The notes under the pieces are model-generated. The model was not told the origin of the DNA and did no database searches. It worked only from the letters and a program-made list of their open reading frames with translations. Position numbers and translations under genes: made by a program. From the NCBI GenBank assembly GCA_039190745.1, contig JBCCXZ010000034.1, forward strand, positions 1-41,742: a stretch of DNA of 41,742 bases, read 5' to 3'. Below, piece after piece: positions 18,256 through 26,527 of this stretch (within the stretch, counting starts at the first letter, position 1; the number at the start of each line of letters is the position of its first letter). This stretch comes from Planctomycetota bacterium (GTDB lineage: Bacteria; Planctomycetota; Planctomycetia; Pirellulales; Lacipirellulaceae).

Positions 18256-19446
18256 ATGATGCGCACCTCCGTGCGGCAACGCCTTGTGCTGTTGCTGACA
18301 GCCGTAGCCTTTCTGATTTCACCCGCGGCCCAGGCCCAAGAGTTGCTTGCCACGAGCATTTTCGCACCCGAAGCAGGCGACCCCGATCCGCTGCTCTCGG
18401 GTCTCTTCAAGATCGACCTCGCGACGGGCAACGCCACGCCGTTTGTTTCCGTCGGCGTGGCCGGTTTGATCTTCCCGTCCGACGTGGTTGTCGACCCGGC
18501 GTCGGACACCATCTTCGTCAGCACCCAACTCGGCACGATCCTGCACTTCGACGCGGCCGGCACGCCGCTGCCCTCCCCGATCCTCGGCGGAGACCCGGGC
18601 TTGTTTGCTGTGCTGGGCGCCGCGGTGAATTCCTTAGTCTTTGACGCCTCCGGCAACCTGCTCGCGGCCGACTCCGCCGGCGTGATCTCTTCCTGGGACC
18701 CCGCGACCGGCGCCCGCAACGCCGACGTGCTGACCGGCCTGCTCGAGATGACCGCCATCCAGGTCACGCCGGGCGGGGCGGTGCTTGCCCAATCCGGCCC
18801 TATCTTCGGCCCGGGCATGATCTCTAGCGTCGAGAACGGCGTGGCCACACCGCTCATCTCCAGCACGACCTCGCTGCTGACCGACGGGGGCACGATGCTG
18901 TTTGCCCCGCTCGACGGCGACACCGATGCCGACGCCGATGCCGACGTTTCCGACCTGCTCAGCTTCCAACGCGGCTTCGGCTCGCCCGGGTCCGCCGACG
19001 TGGACGGCAGCGGCACGGTCGACGCTATGGACCTCACGATCATCGAAGCCGATTTTGGCTCGATCGGCGATCTGTTGGTGTCCGATTTCTCCGGCAACCA
19101 AATCGCCCGCTTCGACGCCGACGGCACAAACGACACGGTGTTCGCCGCGCTGCCGCCGGTGGCGACAATCCCGCCGAGTAACTTTCCCTCGGAGCTGCTG
19201 CCCTCCGACAGCGGTACGCTGATCGTGAGCACACTCGGCCCAACCCAACGCCCCGACAATCAAGGCGAGATCCGCGAGTACGACTTTAATGGCAACCTCC
19301 TAGGCGTGCGGGCCAGCGCCCTGCCGCCGGTCAGCGGGATCGCCCTGGCGCCCCCAGTGCCTCTGCCCGTCACGGCCGAGGTCCCCGAGCCGAGCGGCGC
19401 CCTCTTGGCGGCCTTGGCGTTGGGACTCGCTCGCGGGCGGCGTTAA
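18256..19446 (+). CDS. Secreted beta-propeller protein with dockerin-like insert and PEP-CTERM sorting signal
   Basis: Signal peptide ending AQAQ; propeller-like repeats; GDTDADADADVSDL...ADVDGSGTVDAMDL; C-terminal VPEPS, hydrophobic stretch, RGRR. Confidence 0.88.
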   Translation: MMRTSVRQRLVLLLTAVAFLISPAAQAQELLATSIFAPEAGDPDPLLSGLFKIDLATGNATPFVSVGVAGLIFPSDVVVDPASDTIFVSTQLGTILHFDAAGTPLPSPILGGDPGLFAVLGAAVNSLVFDASGNLLAADSAGVISSWDPATGARNADVLTGLLEMTAIQVTPGGAVLAQSGPIFGPGMISSVENGVATPLISSTTSLLTDGGTMLFAPLDGDTDADADADVSDLLSFQRGFGSPGSADVDGSGTVDAMDLTIIEADFGSIGDLLVSDFSGNQIARFDADGTNDTVFAALPPVATIPPSNFPSELLPSDSGTLIVSTLGPTQRPDNQGEIREYDFNGNLLGVRASALPPVSGIALAPPVPLPVTAEVPEPSGALLAALALGLARGRR

Positions 19447-19491
19447 CCGCAGCATCAGCGGACGGACCCCACCCAGCCGCACCGGAGTGCA

Positions 19492-20502
19492 ATGAACAGC
19501 CGACGCCCTGCACAGCGAGCGAAACATGCCGGCTTCACGCTGGTCGAACTGCTCGTGGTGATCGCGATCATTGGCGTGCTGGTCTCGCTGCTGCTGCCTG
19601 CGATCCAGTCGTCGCGGGAAGCGTCTCGCCGCTCGGCGTGCGCGAACAATCTGCGGCAGATCGCGTTGGCAGCACAAAACTATGTGACCGCCCAAACGTC
19701 TTTCCCGGCCGGCAGCGTTTCCCGCGAGTCGCCCGACTCACCCTTCTCGCCGTGGACCTTCTACCGCTGGTCGGCCTTGGCGACGCTCACCCCCTACCTC
19801 GAAGGCGCCGCGGTCTACGACACGCTCGACCTGGAGAAGCCGCTCTACTCCGGATCCAGCTTCGACGTCACCCCCGAGAACCGCGAAGGCGTCGCCGCGG
19901 TGATCGACGTGTTCCTCTGCCCGAGCGACGCCGCGGCCCGCGTCACTGAGCGTTTCGGGCCCACGAACTACGCCGTCAATGCCGGGAGCGGCGGGGACGG
20001 CTCGCCGATCGACACCGACGGCGTCTTCTTCGTCAACTCACAAACGCGACCCGCGGACATCGAAGACGGTTTGAGCAACACGGTGCTGGCCTCGGAGAGC
20101 ATCCTCGGCGCCCCCGGCGATGCGCCGCACGACGTGCGTGTGGAGTACAAGTTCGTGCAGGCGTCGCCGCTGACCGAGGCCCGCTGCGAGGCCTCCGCCA
20201 GTTGGAACGTCACCGACCCCCGCGGTTTTGCCTGGGCCAACGGAGAGTTCCGCTGCGCACTCTACAACCACTACGAAACGCCGAACTCGGGCACGGCCGA
20301 CTGCATGGGGGTCGCCTTCGGCGGCGGGCTCGAGCGGCTGTTCACGCCGTACGGTTGGCGGGCCGCCCGGAGCAACCACCCCGGCGGGGTGAACGCCGCC
20401 CTGGCTGACGGGGCGGTCCGGTACACTTCCGACAGTATCGATCGTGAGGTTTGGCGGGGCTTGTCTACCGTTGCCGGCGGCGAATTGCCCGCCGACCTCT
20501 GA
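19492..20502 (+). CDS. DUF1559 prepilin-type N-terminal cleavage/methylation protein
   Basis: GFTLVELLVVIAIIGVLVSLLLPAIQ, CANNLRQIALA, FLCPSD, DGLSNT, HPGGVNAALADG (H-X9-DG). Confidence 0.96.
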   Translation: MNSRRPAQRAKHAGFTLVELLVVIAIIGVLVSLLLPAIQSSREASRRSACANNLRQIALAAQNYVTAQTSFPAGSVSRESPDSPFSPWTFYRWSALATLTPYLEGAAVYDTLDLEKPLYSGSSFDVTPENREGVAAVIDVFLCPSDAAARVTERFGPTNYAVNAGSGGDGSPIDTDGVFFVNSQTRPADIEDGLSNTVLASESILGAPGDAPHDVRVEYKFVQASPLTEARCEASASWNVTDPRGFAWANGEFRCALYNHYETPNSGTADCMGVAFGGGLERLFTPYGWRAARSNHPGGVNAALADGAVRYTSDSIDREVWRGLSTVAGGELPADL

Positions 20503-20582
20503 GCGGAACGCCGATCGAGGTTGGTCGCCGCCCCCGCTCGTACTAGGCTGGAGAAAGTACTCCTGCCCAGCCGAGGCGCCGC

Positions 20583-22289
20583 TTGTCACCACGATTGTTT
20601 GACTACGTTCGGGTCTTTGCCGCGGCGCTGCTTCTGGCTGCGTCGGCCGTCGGCGACACGATCGAGAACTCGCCCCTCGAACCGGCGGATACGTCGAGCC
20701 CGCGTGCGATGCTGCGCGGCTTTATGCAAGACAGCGAACTCGCCTACCGCGTGCTGCTGGAGTCTGGCCGAGCCGCAGAAAACCTTGAGACCATCGAGCC
20801 GGTCATCCGCCGCTTGGTTCAGACCTGCGACATGAGCGAGGTGCCCGCGTACCTCCACGACTACAAAGTAGGAGAGGCGATCGTCTGCGTGCGAGAGGTG
20901 ATCGACCGCGTCGGCCTGCCGTCCTGGGAAGAGGTTCCCGACGCCGCGTCGCTTGAGGAGGAGGGCGAGCACAACGGGCTGCAGCGTTGGCGGGTCCCCG
21001 CGACCGACATCACCATCGTCCGGCTCTCCGACGGCCCGCGGCAGGGCGAGTGGGTTTTCTCCGCCGAAACAGTCGACGAGGCTCAGACCTACTTCCGGAT
21101 GGTTCGCAATCTGCCCTACCGGGACGGGGCGTGCGAGGACTTCCGCACCTGGTTTCTTTCAGAACCCGGTTCTCAGTGGCTGCGCGCCGTTGTGGACCAA
21201 CTACCGAGCTGGGCGCGGGCCCGCGTCTGGCGGCAATCTGTCTGGCAGTGGGCCGGCCTCGCCCTGGTGGTGATTGCCTCGGTTGTTGCGATGATCATCG
21301 CCTACACGGGCGGGGGCAGCCAGGCGGCGGTTTTCAAACGCAGCAACCTGTTCCGTTACTGGGTGACACTGTGGTTCCCGCTCGCGGCGCTCGCCGTGCC
21401 GCTGGTGGCCAAGTACGTTATCTCCCGTCAGTTCCGGATTTCCGGGACCACGCTGGCGGTCGCCCGGTTCTCGTGCGACGTGCTCTTCTTGGTCGCGGTC
21501 TGCGTTCTCATACTGAGCGCCGCCAACCGCATCGCCGCGGCGCTCATCGCCCGGCCGAACGTGCAGCCCCGGGGGGTCGACGCCCAACTGATCCGCATCG
21601 CCACACGGCTGGTGGCGATCATCGCGGTGGTGATCGTCTTCTTGGAAGGCGGCCAGAACCTGGGCATCCCGCTCACCACGCTGCTCGCCGGCGCCGGTGT
21701 CGGCGGCCTGACGGTCGCGCTCGCGGCGCAAGACGCGCTGAAGAACCTCTTCGGCAGCTTGATGATTATCATCGACCGCCCATTCCGCGTCGGCGAGCGG
21801 ATCGCGGTCGGCAAGTTCGACGGCGTCGTCGAGGAGATCGGCCTCCGCTCAACAAAACTCCGGTTGCTCACGGGCCACCAAGTCTCGGTGCCGAACGAAG
21901 AAATGGCACGGCTTCAGATCGAAAACATCGGTCGCCGCCCGCACATCCGCCGCATCGGCGACCTGGCGTTGCCGCTCGACACGCCCCCCGACAAGGTCCG
22001 CCGCGCGCTGGAGATCGTCACCGGCGTGCTGGAAACGCACGAGGGACAGCCCGCCGACTTCCCGTCGCGCATCTTTTTCGACCAGGTCAACCGCGACGCG
22101 CTCAACCTGCGGTTCATCTACTGGTACGAGCCGGCCGACTACTGGGCGTACGTCGATTTCAGCCAGCGGTTCAACCTCCAAGTGCTCGACGAGTTCGAGA
22201 AGGAGGGGATCGAATTGGCGCTGCCGGCCACGGAGGTCGAATTCCGAAGCGGCCCGGACGGCGTCAAAGCGCAGCCGACGTCTACTTGA
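20583..22289 (+). CDS. MscS-family mechanosensitive channel with large N-terminal periplasmic domain
   Basis: LLAGAGVGGLTVALAAQDALKNLFGS, DRPFRVGERI, GVVEEIGLRST, VPN. TTG start uncertain. Confidence 0.93.
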   Translation: MSPRLFDYVRVFAAALLLAASAVGDTIENSPLEPADTSSPRAMLRGFMQDSELAYRVLLESGRAAENLETIEPVIRRLVQTCDMSEVPAYLHDYKVGEAIVCVREVIDRVGLPSWEEVPDAASLEEEGEHNGLQRWRVPATDITIVRLSDGPRQGEWVFSAETVDEAQTYFRMVRNLPYRDGACEDFRTWFLSEPGSQWLRAVVDQLPSWARARVWRQSVWQWAGLALVVIASVVAMIIAYTGGGSQAAVFKRSNLFRYWVTLWFPLAALAVPLVAKYVISRQFRISGTTLAVARFSCDVLFLVAVCVLILSAANRIAAALIARPNVQPRGVDAQLIRIATRLVAIIAVVIVFLEGGQNLGIPLTTLLAGAGVGGLTVALAAQDALKNLFGSLMIIIDRPFRVGERIAVGKFDGVVEEIGLRSTKLRLLTGHQVSVPNEEMARLQIENIGRRPHIRRIGDLALPLDTPPDKVRRALEIVTGVLETHEGQPADFPSRIFFDQVNRDALNLRFIYWYEPADYWAYVDFSQRFNLQVLDEFEKEGIELALPATEVEFRSGPDGVKAQPTST

Positions 22290-22914
22290 GGTCGACCGAC
22301 CAGTAGGCGCTGTCGAGGAACGTCTTCCAGCTCGAGTACTTTGGGTTGCCGAGCTTGATCGTGAGCAGCGGGCTGCGCTTGGGTCGGACCGGCTCGCGGA
22401 TCAGCTTCATGCCGGCTTCCTTCGGCAGGCGGCCGCCCTTGCGGACGTTGCACTTCACGCAGGCGCACACTAGGTTCTCCCAACTCGTGCCGCCGCCGCG
22501 GCAGGTGGGTAGAACGTGGTCGAGGCTCAGCTCACTGGTCGGGAACCGTTTGCCGCAGTACTGACACTGGTTCGCGTCCCGTGCGAAGATGTTGCGGCGG
22601 TTCAGACGCACGCGCTGCTTCGGCAGGCGGTCGTAGTGCAGCAGCCGCAAGACGCGCGGCACGCGGACCTCGAAGTTGACGCTGCGAACCCAGTCTTCGT
22701 GCGGCTCTTTGAACTCCGCCTGCATCTCGCTGACTTCACGCCAAGAGTCGAAGTCGTAGTTGCCGTACTGCCCGTCCTCGATGTGGATGACTTCGGCGAG
22801 CTGATTCAGCAGCAAGCCAAAGGCCCTCCTCACGTTCACGACATGCACAGCCATGTACTGCCGGTTGAGAACGAGCACGCTGGCGTTGAGGGCCGTAGAT
22901 TCTGCGGTCGGCAT
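22282..22914 (-). CDS. HNH endonuclease (McrA/HNH_5 type)
   Basis: VLVLN, RRNIFARDANQCQYCG, LSLDHVLP, GGGTSWENLVCACVKCNVRKG. GGGAGAGGG RBS; the 3' end overlaps the mscS 3' end by 8 bp. Confidence 0.93.
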   Translation of the reverse strand: MPTAESTALNASVLVLNRQYMAVHVVNVRRAFGLLLNQLAEVIHIEDGQYGNYDFDSWREVSEMQAEFKEPHEDWVRSVNFEVRVPRVLRLLHYDRLPKQRVRLNRRNIFARDANQCQYCGKRFPTSELSLDHVLPTCRGGGTSWENLVCACVKCNVRKGGRLPKEAGMKLIREPVRPKRSPLLTIKLGNPKYSSWKTFLDSAYWSVDLK

Positions 22915-22972
22915 GAGGCGAATCCCTCTCCCGTGTTGTCGGCAGGCCCGCGGACGCACGGGCGCACCTTCG

Positions 22973-22987
22973 GCAAGAAGCGTTCCA
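22973..22987 (-). promoter_or_regulatory. sigma54 (-24/-12) promoter of the HNH gene
   Basis: Minus strand TGGAACGCTTCTTGC, GG-N10-GC, one mismatch to TGGCACG-N4-TTGC, about 60 bp upstream of the ATG. Confidence 0.7.
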
Positions 22988-23548
22988 GGCGGCACGCCAA
23001 TCCGTGTCATGCCCCTTGAGAGGAGTAGCCCGCGAGTACTGGCCCGCGCGGCCGTCCTAGTGGAACACATTGGACCGCTCCGGGCGGCAGCCCGTCGAGG
23101 CCCCGTTATTCCCGGAGCATAACTGTGAATTGTTGCCGCCGTGTGAAGGCAGCGTGAGCGGTCGTCGCCGCTAGCTTCGCCGCCAAAGGGCGTCGCCAAC
23201 AACCCTCGATTTCATTCTAGTCGCGGCTCTTCCCGCAAACCACCTCACGATTCACAGAGCGGCCTCTCGCGGCGCACTTGCGGCGAAACCGTTACTTCCG
23301 GATGACACACGTTCGCCGAAAAAGATCGCCTTTTATCTTGCTGCGGCGATTCCGTTCTCGCTAGTATGAGACCGAAGGCGGTAGCCGCATCGATGCGTTT
23401 AGCTTTTTGTGCCGGGACGTTCGATGCGGGTTGAGGGACCGATTCGAAACCACCGAACACGTTTTTCTTGTCTTCCGTGGCGACTGACGAATGCGTCTCT
23501 CGTCACGGGCCGCGACCCAGGATACCCGCTAACCAGGATGGAGGGACG

Positions 23549-23854
23549 ATGATCCACTACACCTGCGACTGCTGTAAACGCCCGCTCGACCCCGAGAACG
23601 AGTTGCGTTACGTGGTCCGTCTGGAAGTCTACGCCGCCCTCGATCAGGTGGACGACTCCGTGGACGAAGACCGCGACCACTTGCAGGAGATCCAAGACAT
23701 CCTGGAGCACCTCGACGAAGCCGAAGACGCGTGCATCGGCGAAGACATCTACCAGTCGAAGCGGCTCGACCTGTGCAGCGAATGCCGCCGCCGGTTTCTT
23801 GAGAACCCGCTCGGGCTTCTGCCGAAGCACCAGTTTGACTTCAGCGAAAACTAA
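23549..23854 (+). CDS. Small acidic Zn-binding hypothetical protein
   Basis: MIHYTCDCCKR ... DLCSECR, two CxxC knuckles separated by a D/E-rich loop. GGAGGG RBS. Confidence 0.85.
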   Translation: MIHYTCDCCKRPLDPENELRYVVRLEVYAALDQVDDSVDEDRDHLQEIQDILEHLDEAEDACIGEDIYQSKRLDLCSECRRRFLENPLGLLPKHQFDFSEN

Positions 23855-23940
23855 GCGGCCTTCCGCAGACGATCGACGGTTGACGATCCCTTCTACCAGG
23901 CCGCTTTCTCTAGCGGTCCATAGTTAGCGCAGGCTGCCCC

Positions 23941-24486
23941 GTGACGAAACCATTCCGCCGCAGCTACAAAGGCCGTGCTATTGCGTTCGCGATCGCGTTC
24001 TTGCTTATCGTCTGGCAGCGCTACGCTGAGCCGGAGGCGCCGCAAGGGCCGCCGTTGCCCCGTTCGCGCGCCAGCATCGCCGGCCTCGAACCCGGCGAGT
24101 ACCGCGTCGAGCGCGTCGTCGACGGCGACACGCTGAAGCTGTTCAACGGCGACCGCTTCCGACTGCAGGGCGTCGACACGCCCGAGACGGTCAAAGAGAA
24201 CACGCCCGTACAGCCGTGGGGGCCCGAAGCGACCGACTACACGCGGGAGTTCGTCAGGAACGCGGGCAACCGCGTGGATATTACCGTCGAAGGCGAGGGC
24301 GTCGACCAGTACGGACGCTACCTCGGATTCGTGTGGTACGACGGGCGGCTGCTCAACGAAGAGCTAGTCCGCAAGGGTCTCGCCAAGGCGAAGCTCTCTT
24401 ACGACTACGCCGACAAGATGAAAGACCGCCTCCGCGCTGCCCAAGACGCCGCACGCCGAGACCGCGTGGGGATCTGGAGCCAATAG
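23941..24486 (+). CDS. Thermonuclease (SNase family), membrane anchored
   Basis: N-terminal TM, VVDGDTL, RLQGVDTPE, DQYGRYLG, LNEELVRKGLA, GIWS. Confidence 0.95.
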   Translation: MTKPFRRSYKGRAIAFAIAFLLIVWQRYAEPEAPQGPPLPRSRASIAGLEPGEYRVERVVDGDTLKLFNGDRFRLQGVDTPETVKENTPVQPWGPEATDYTREFVRNAGNRVDITVEGEGVDQYGRYLGFVWYDGRLLNEELVRKGLAKAKLSYDYADKMKDRLRAAQDAARRDRVGIWSQ

Positions 24487-24518
24487 CGATTGGAGCCAAC
24501 AGCGTTGCGGCCGCCTTG

Positions 24519-25553
24519 CTATCGCGGCGGGTCGTACGGCGACTTCCAACGCGGCGTGGCGAGGCTTGCCGCTGCCGGCTGCTGCTGGGCGGCCCGTTGC
24601 GGCTGGGCGTTCGAGTGCATCGGCTCCTGCAGCGGGTGGGTGGCAGTCAGCCCGAGCGCGGCGGCCCCGAGGTCGACCTGCTCGTACCCGCTCATCGCCG
24701 GCATCGCCCAGATCGCGGGGTTGGCCGACGGGGCGTTGACCTGCACCTCGCCCAAGTCGATGGCCAGTGAGAGCTGTGCCCGCGGCACGCGGAGCTCAAC
24801 CTTTTGCGGCAGCGAGACGCCGGCCTGGGGGTAGTAGCGGTGCTGTTTCGCCTGCGAACTGGCCAGCAACGCCCCGCTCCCGTCGTAGACGTGCTGCTCG
24901 AGGACCCAAGCGGTCGAGGCGTCGATCACCGTGCTCTTGGTGTACCGCCCGCCGGGCCGTTTCAGCACCGAACGCACCTCGACCGTGCCGCTCGCGTACG
25001 GCAGGGGCCCGGTGTGCTGGTCGGTCGGCTCGAACCGCGTCAGCCCCAGCGCGTCCCACAACCACTCGGGCTCAATCGGCAACGACTGCTGAGCCGCGCT
25101 GCCCGCGAACTGGTCGTGCCGAGCGAAGTAGACCGCCGGCGGCTCGTTCCGCTTGACCCAGAACCAGAACCGCTCGTCGTTGCTGCCGACGTCGACCTCC
25201 GGGCCGGTCAGTGCGGTGGAAGCTTGCACGCGCAGCCGCTTCGGCCGTTCTGCGGCGATGTTGCCTCGCAAGAGCGGGATGCCCGCCACGCCGGGCACGG
25301 TGATCGAGGCGTTGTTCGATTGCAGCCGCTGCACGCGGTCGGCGTTCTGGTTCACCGCCGCGATCATCTGGTCGAGGGTCGACGCGGTGGTGATCACCTG
25401 CGGCGCCGGCGGGCCCGTCGGCGCGAACGGGTTCCGCAACCCGCTGCTGCAGGTGGCCCCGGAGACGCAGAAGACCGTGACCAGCACGCCCAGCGAGAGC
25501 GCCGCTCCCCTCCACGGGGCTTGCGGTTGGTCTGTGGTCGTGGGTTTCCTCAT
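24519..25553 (-). CDS. Exported hypothetical protein (possible LolA/DUF4292-like beta-sheet fold)
   Basis: N-terminal hydrophobic segment ending SGATC; DVGSNDERFWFWVKR. TGATG coupling with the upstream gene. Confidence 0.75.
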   Translation of the reverse strand: MRKPTTTDQPQAPWRGAALSLGVLVTVFCVSGATCSSGLRNPFAPTGPPAPQVITTASTLDQMIAAVNQNADRVQRLQSNNASITVPGVAGIPLLRGNIAAERPKRLRVQASTALTGPEVDVGSNDERFWFWVKRNEPPAVYFARHDQFAGSAAQQSLPIEPEWLWDALGLTRFEPTDQHTGPLPYASGTVEVRSVLKRPGGRYTKSTVIDASTAWVLEQHVYDGSGALLASSQAKQHRYYPQAGVSLPQKVELRVPRAQLSLAIDLGEVQVNAPSANPAIWAMPAMSGYEQVDLGAAALGLTATHPLQEPMHSNAQPQRAAQQQPAAASLATPRWKSPYDPPR

Positions 25554-26077
25554 CAGGCCGCCCTTCGCAGGGGCGTCGTCGGCGCGGCGCCCATACCGCC
25601 CGAGTAGACCAGGTCGGTCAGCCGCTCTTGGATCCGCCCCACGCGCTCGGTGGTCGGAGTGACCATGGCCAACTCGTGCTTCTCGCCGGTTGGGTCTTCG
25701 AGGCAGAGTACCTCGTAGCCGCTCGAGTCCCCGCGGGCCCCGACCTGCTTCAGGTGCTTCCGCCGGACAAGCAGCAGGCCGAGCACGCACCGCAGGTCGG
25801 CCTCCTCAGGCTCATCGGCGAGCGCAACGAAGAGCCCAAGCAGCACGTCTTTCGGGGCGAGCGTCTTTTCCGGCTCCGACTTGGCCGGCAGCCGCGACCG
25901 CCACCACCCGATGCACTCGGCGGGCGGGCCGTCCCATGCCCCCTCGGCGTAGTCTCTGCGGACAACGCCGCCGCCGTCGCTGAGCAAGACCGAGTAGTAG
26001 TGCTGCTCGCTCAGGAGCACGCTGCCGGTGGCTTCGCACCGGCGAGAGCAAGCGCTGACTTCGAATTCTGCGGGCAT
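25553..26077 (-). CDS. Hypothetical protein
   Basis: MPAEFEVSACSRRCEATG...YYSVL...RRDY...IGWWRS...LLLVRRKHLK; protein-like composition and position within an operon. Confidence 0.8.
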   Translation of the reverse strand: MPAEFEVSACSRRCEATGSVLLSEQHYYSVLLSDGGGVVRRDYAEGAWDGPPAECIGWWRSRLPAKSEPEKTLAPKDVLLGLFVALADEPEEADLRCVLGLLLVRRKHLKQVGARGDSSGYEVLCLEDPTGEKHELAMVTPTTERVGRIQERLTDLVYSGGMGAAPTTPLRRAA

Positions 26078-26192
26078 AGCGACCGCCTGGGTCGGTGGGA
26101 ATTGCCGCGGGAGCGTAGCGGCACTCACCGGCGGCAGCAATCGCACCTCGGCGGTGGAGCCAGCGGTGCTGGCGCCGAGCGGATCAGTCCGT

Positions 26193-26429
26193 TTACTGGG
26201 CCGTGAAGAACCGCGAGGAAGTGCCGCCCTCGCCAACCTGAAACTCGATCGTCCGGACGCACCGCGGGCACCGGCCTTGGTACGCCGTACCGTCGCGGTT
26301 GAGGTACACCCGCGCGTACACGTCGCAGCAGGCAAACCGCACGCCCAGAAAAGGCCGGGCGCCGGCGGCGGGGCCTTCGGGCGCAGGCTGAGGGTCGGAG
26401 CTTAGGTCGAGGTGGCGTCCGGCGTCCAT
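26193..26429 (-). CDS. Small Zn-ribbon hypothetical protein
   Basis: RPFLGVRFACCDVYARVYLNRDGTAYQGRCPRC...GTSSRFF. Confidence 0.8.
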   Translation of the reverse strand: MDAGRHLDLSSDPQPAPEGPAAGARPFLGVRFACCDVYARVYLNRDGTAYQGRCPRCVRTIEFQVGEGGTSSRFFTAQ

Positions 26430-26527
26430 GGAATCGTTCGAGCGTGGGGGGCTCGTTGCACAGAGACGGTTTTCGGCGGCAGGCGGATGCTATCGAACCC
26501 ACCCGCCCGGCAGAACACCAATCCGCC

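Noticed and set aside
22282..22914. HNH gene as homing endonuclease, IscB or mobile element
   Set aside because: No RuvC motifs, intron context or terminal repeats. It is a stand-alone short HNH with its own promoter.
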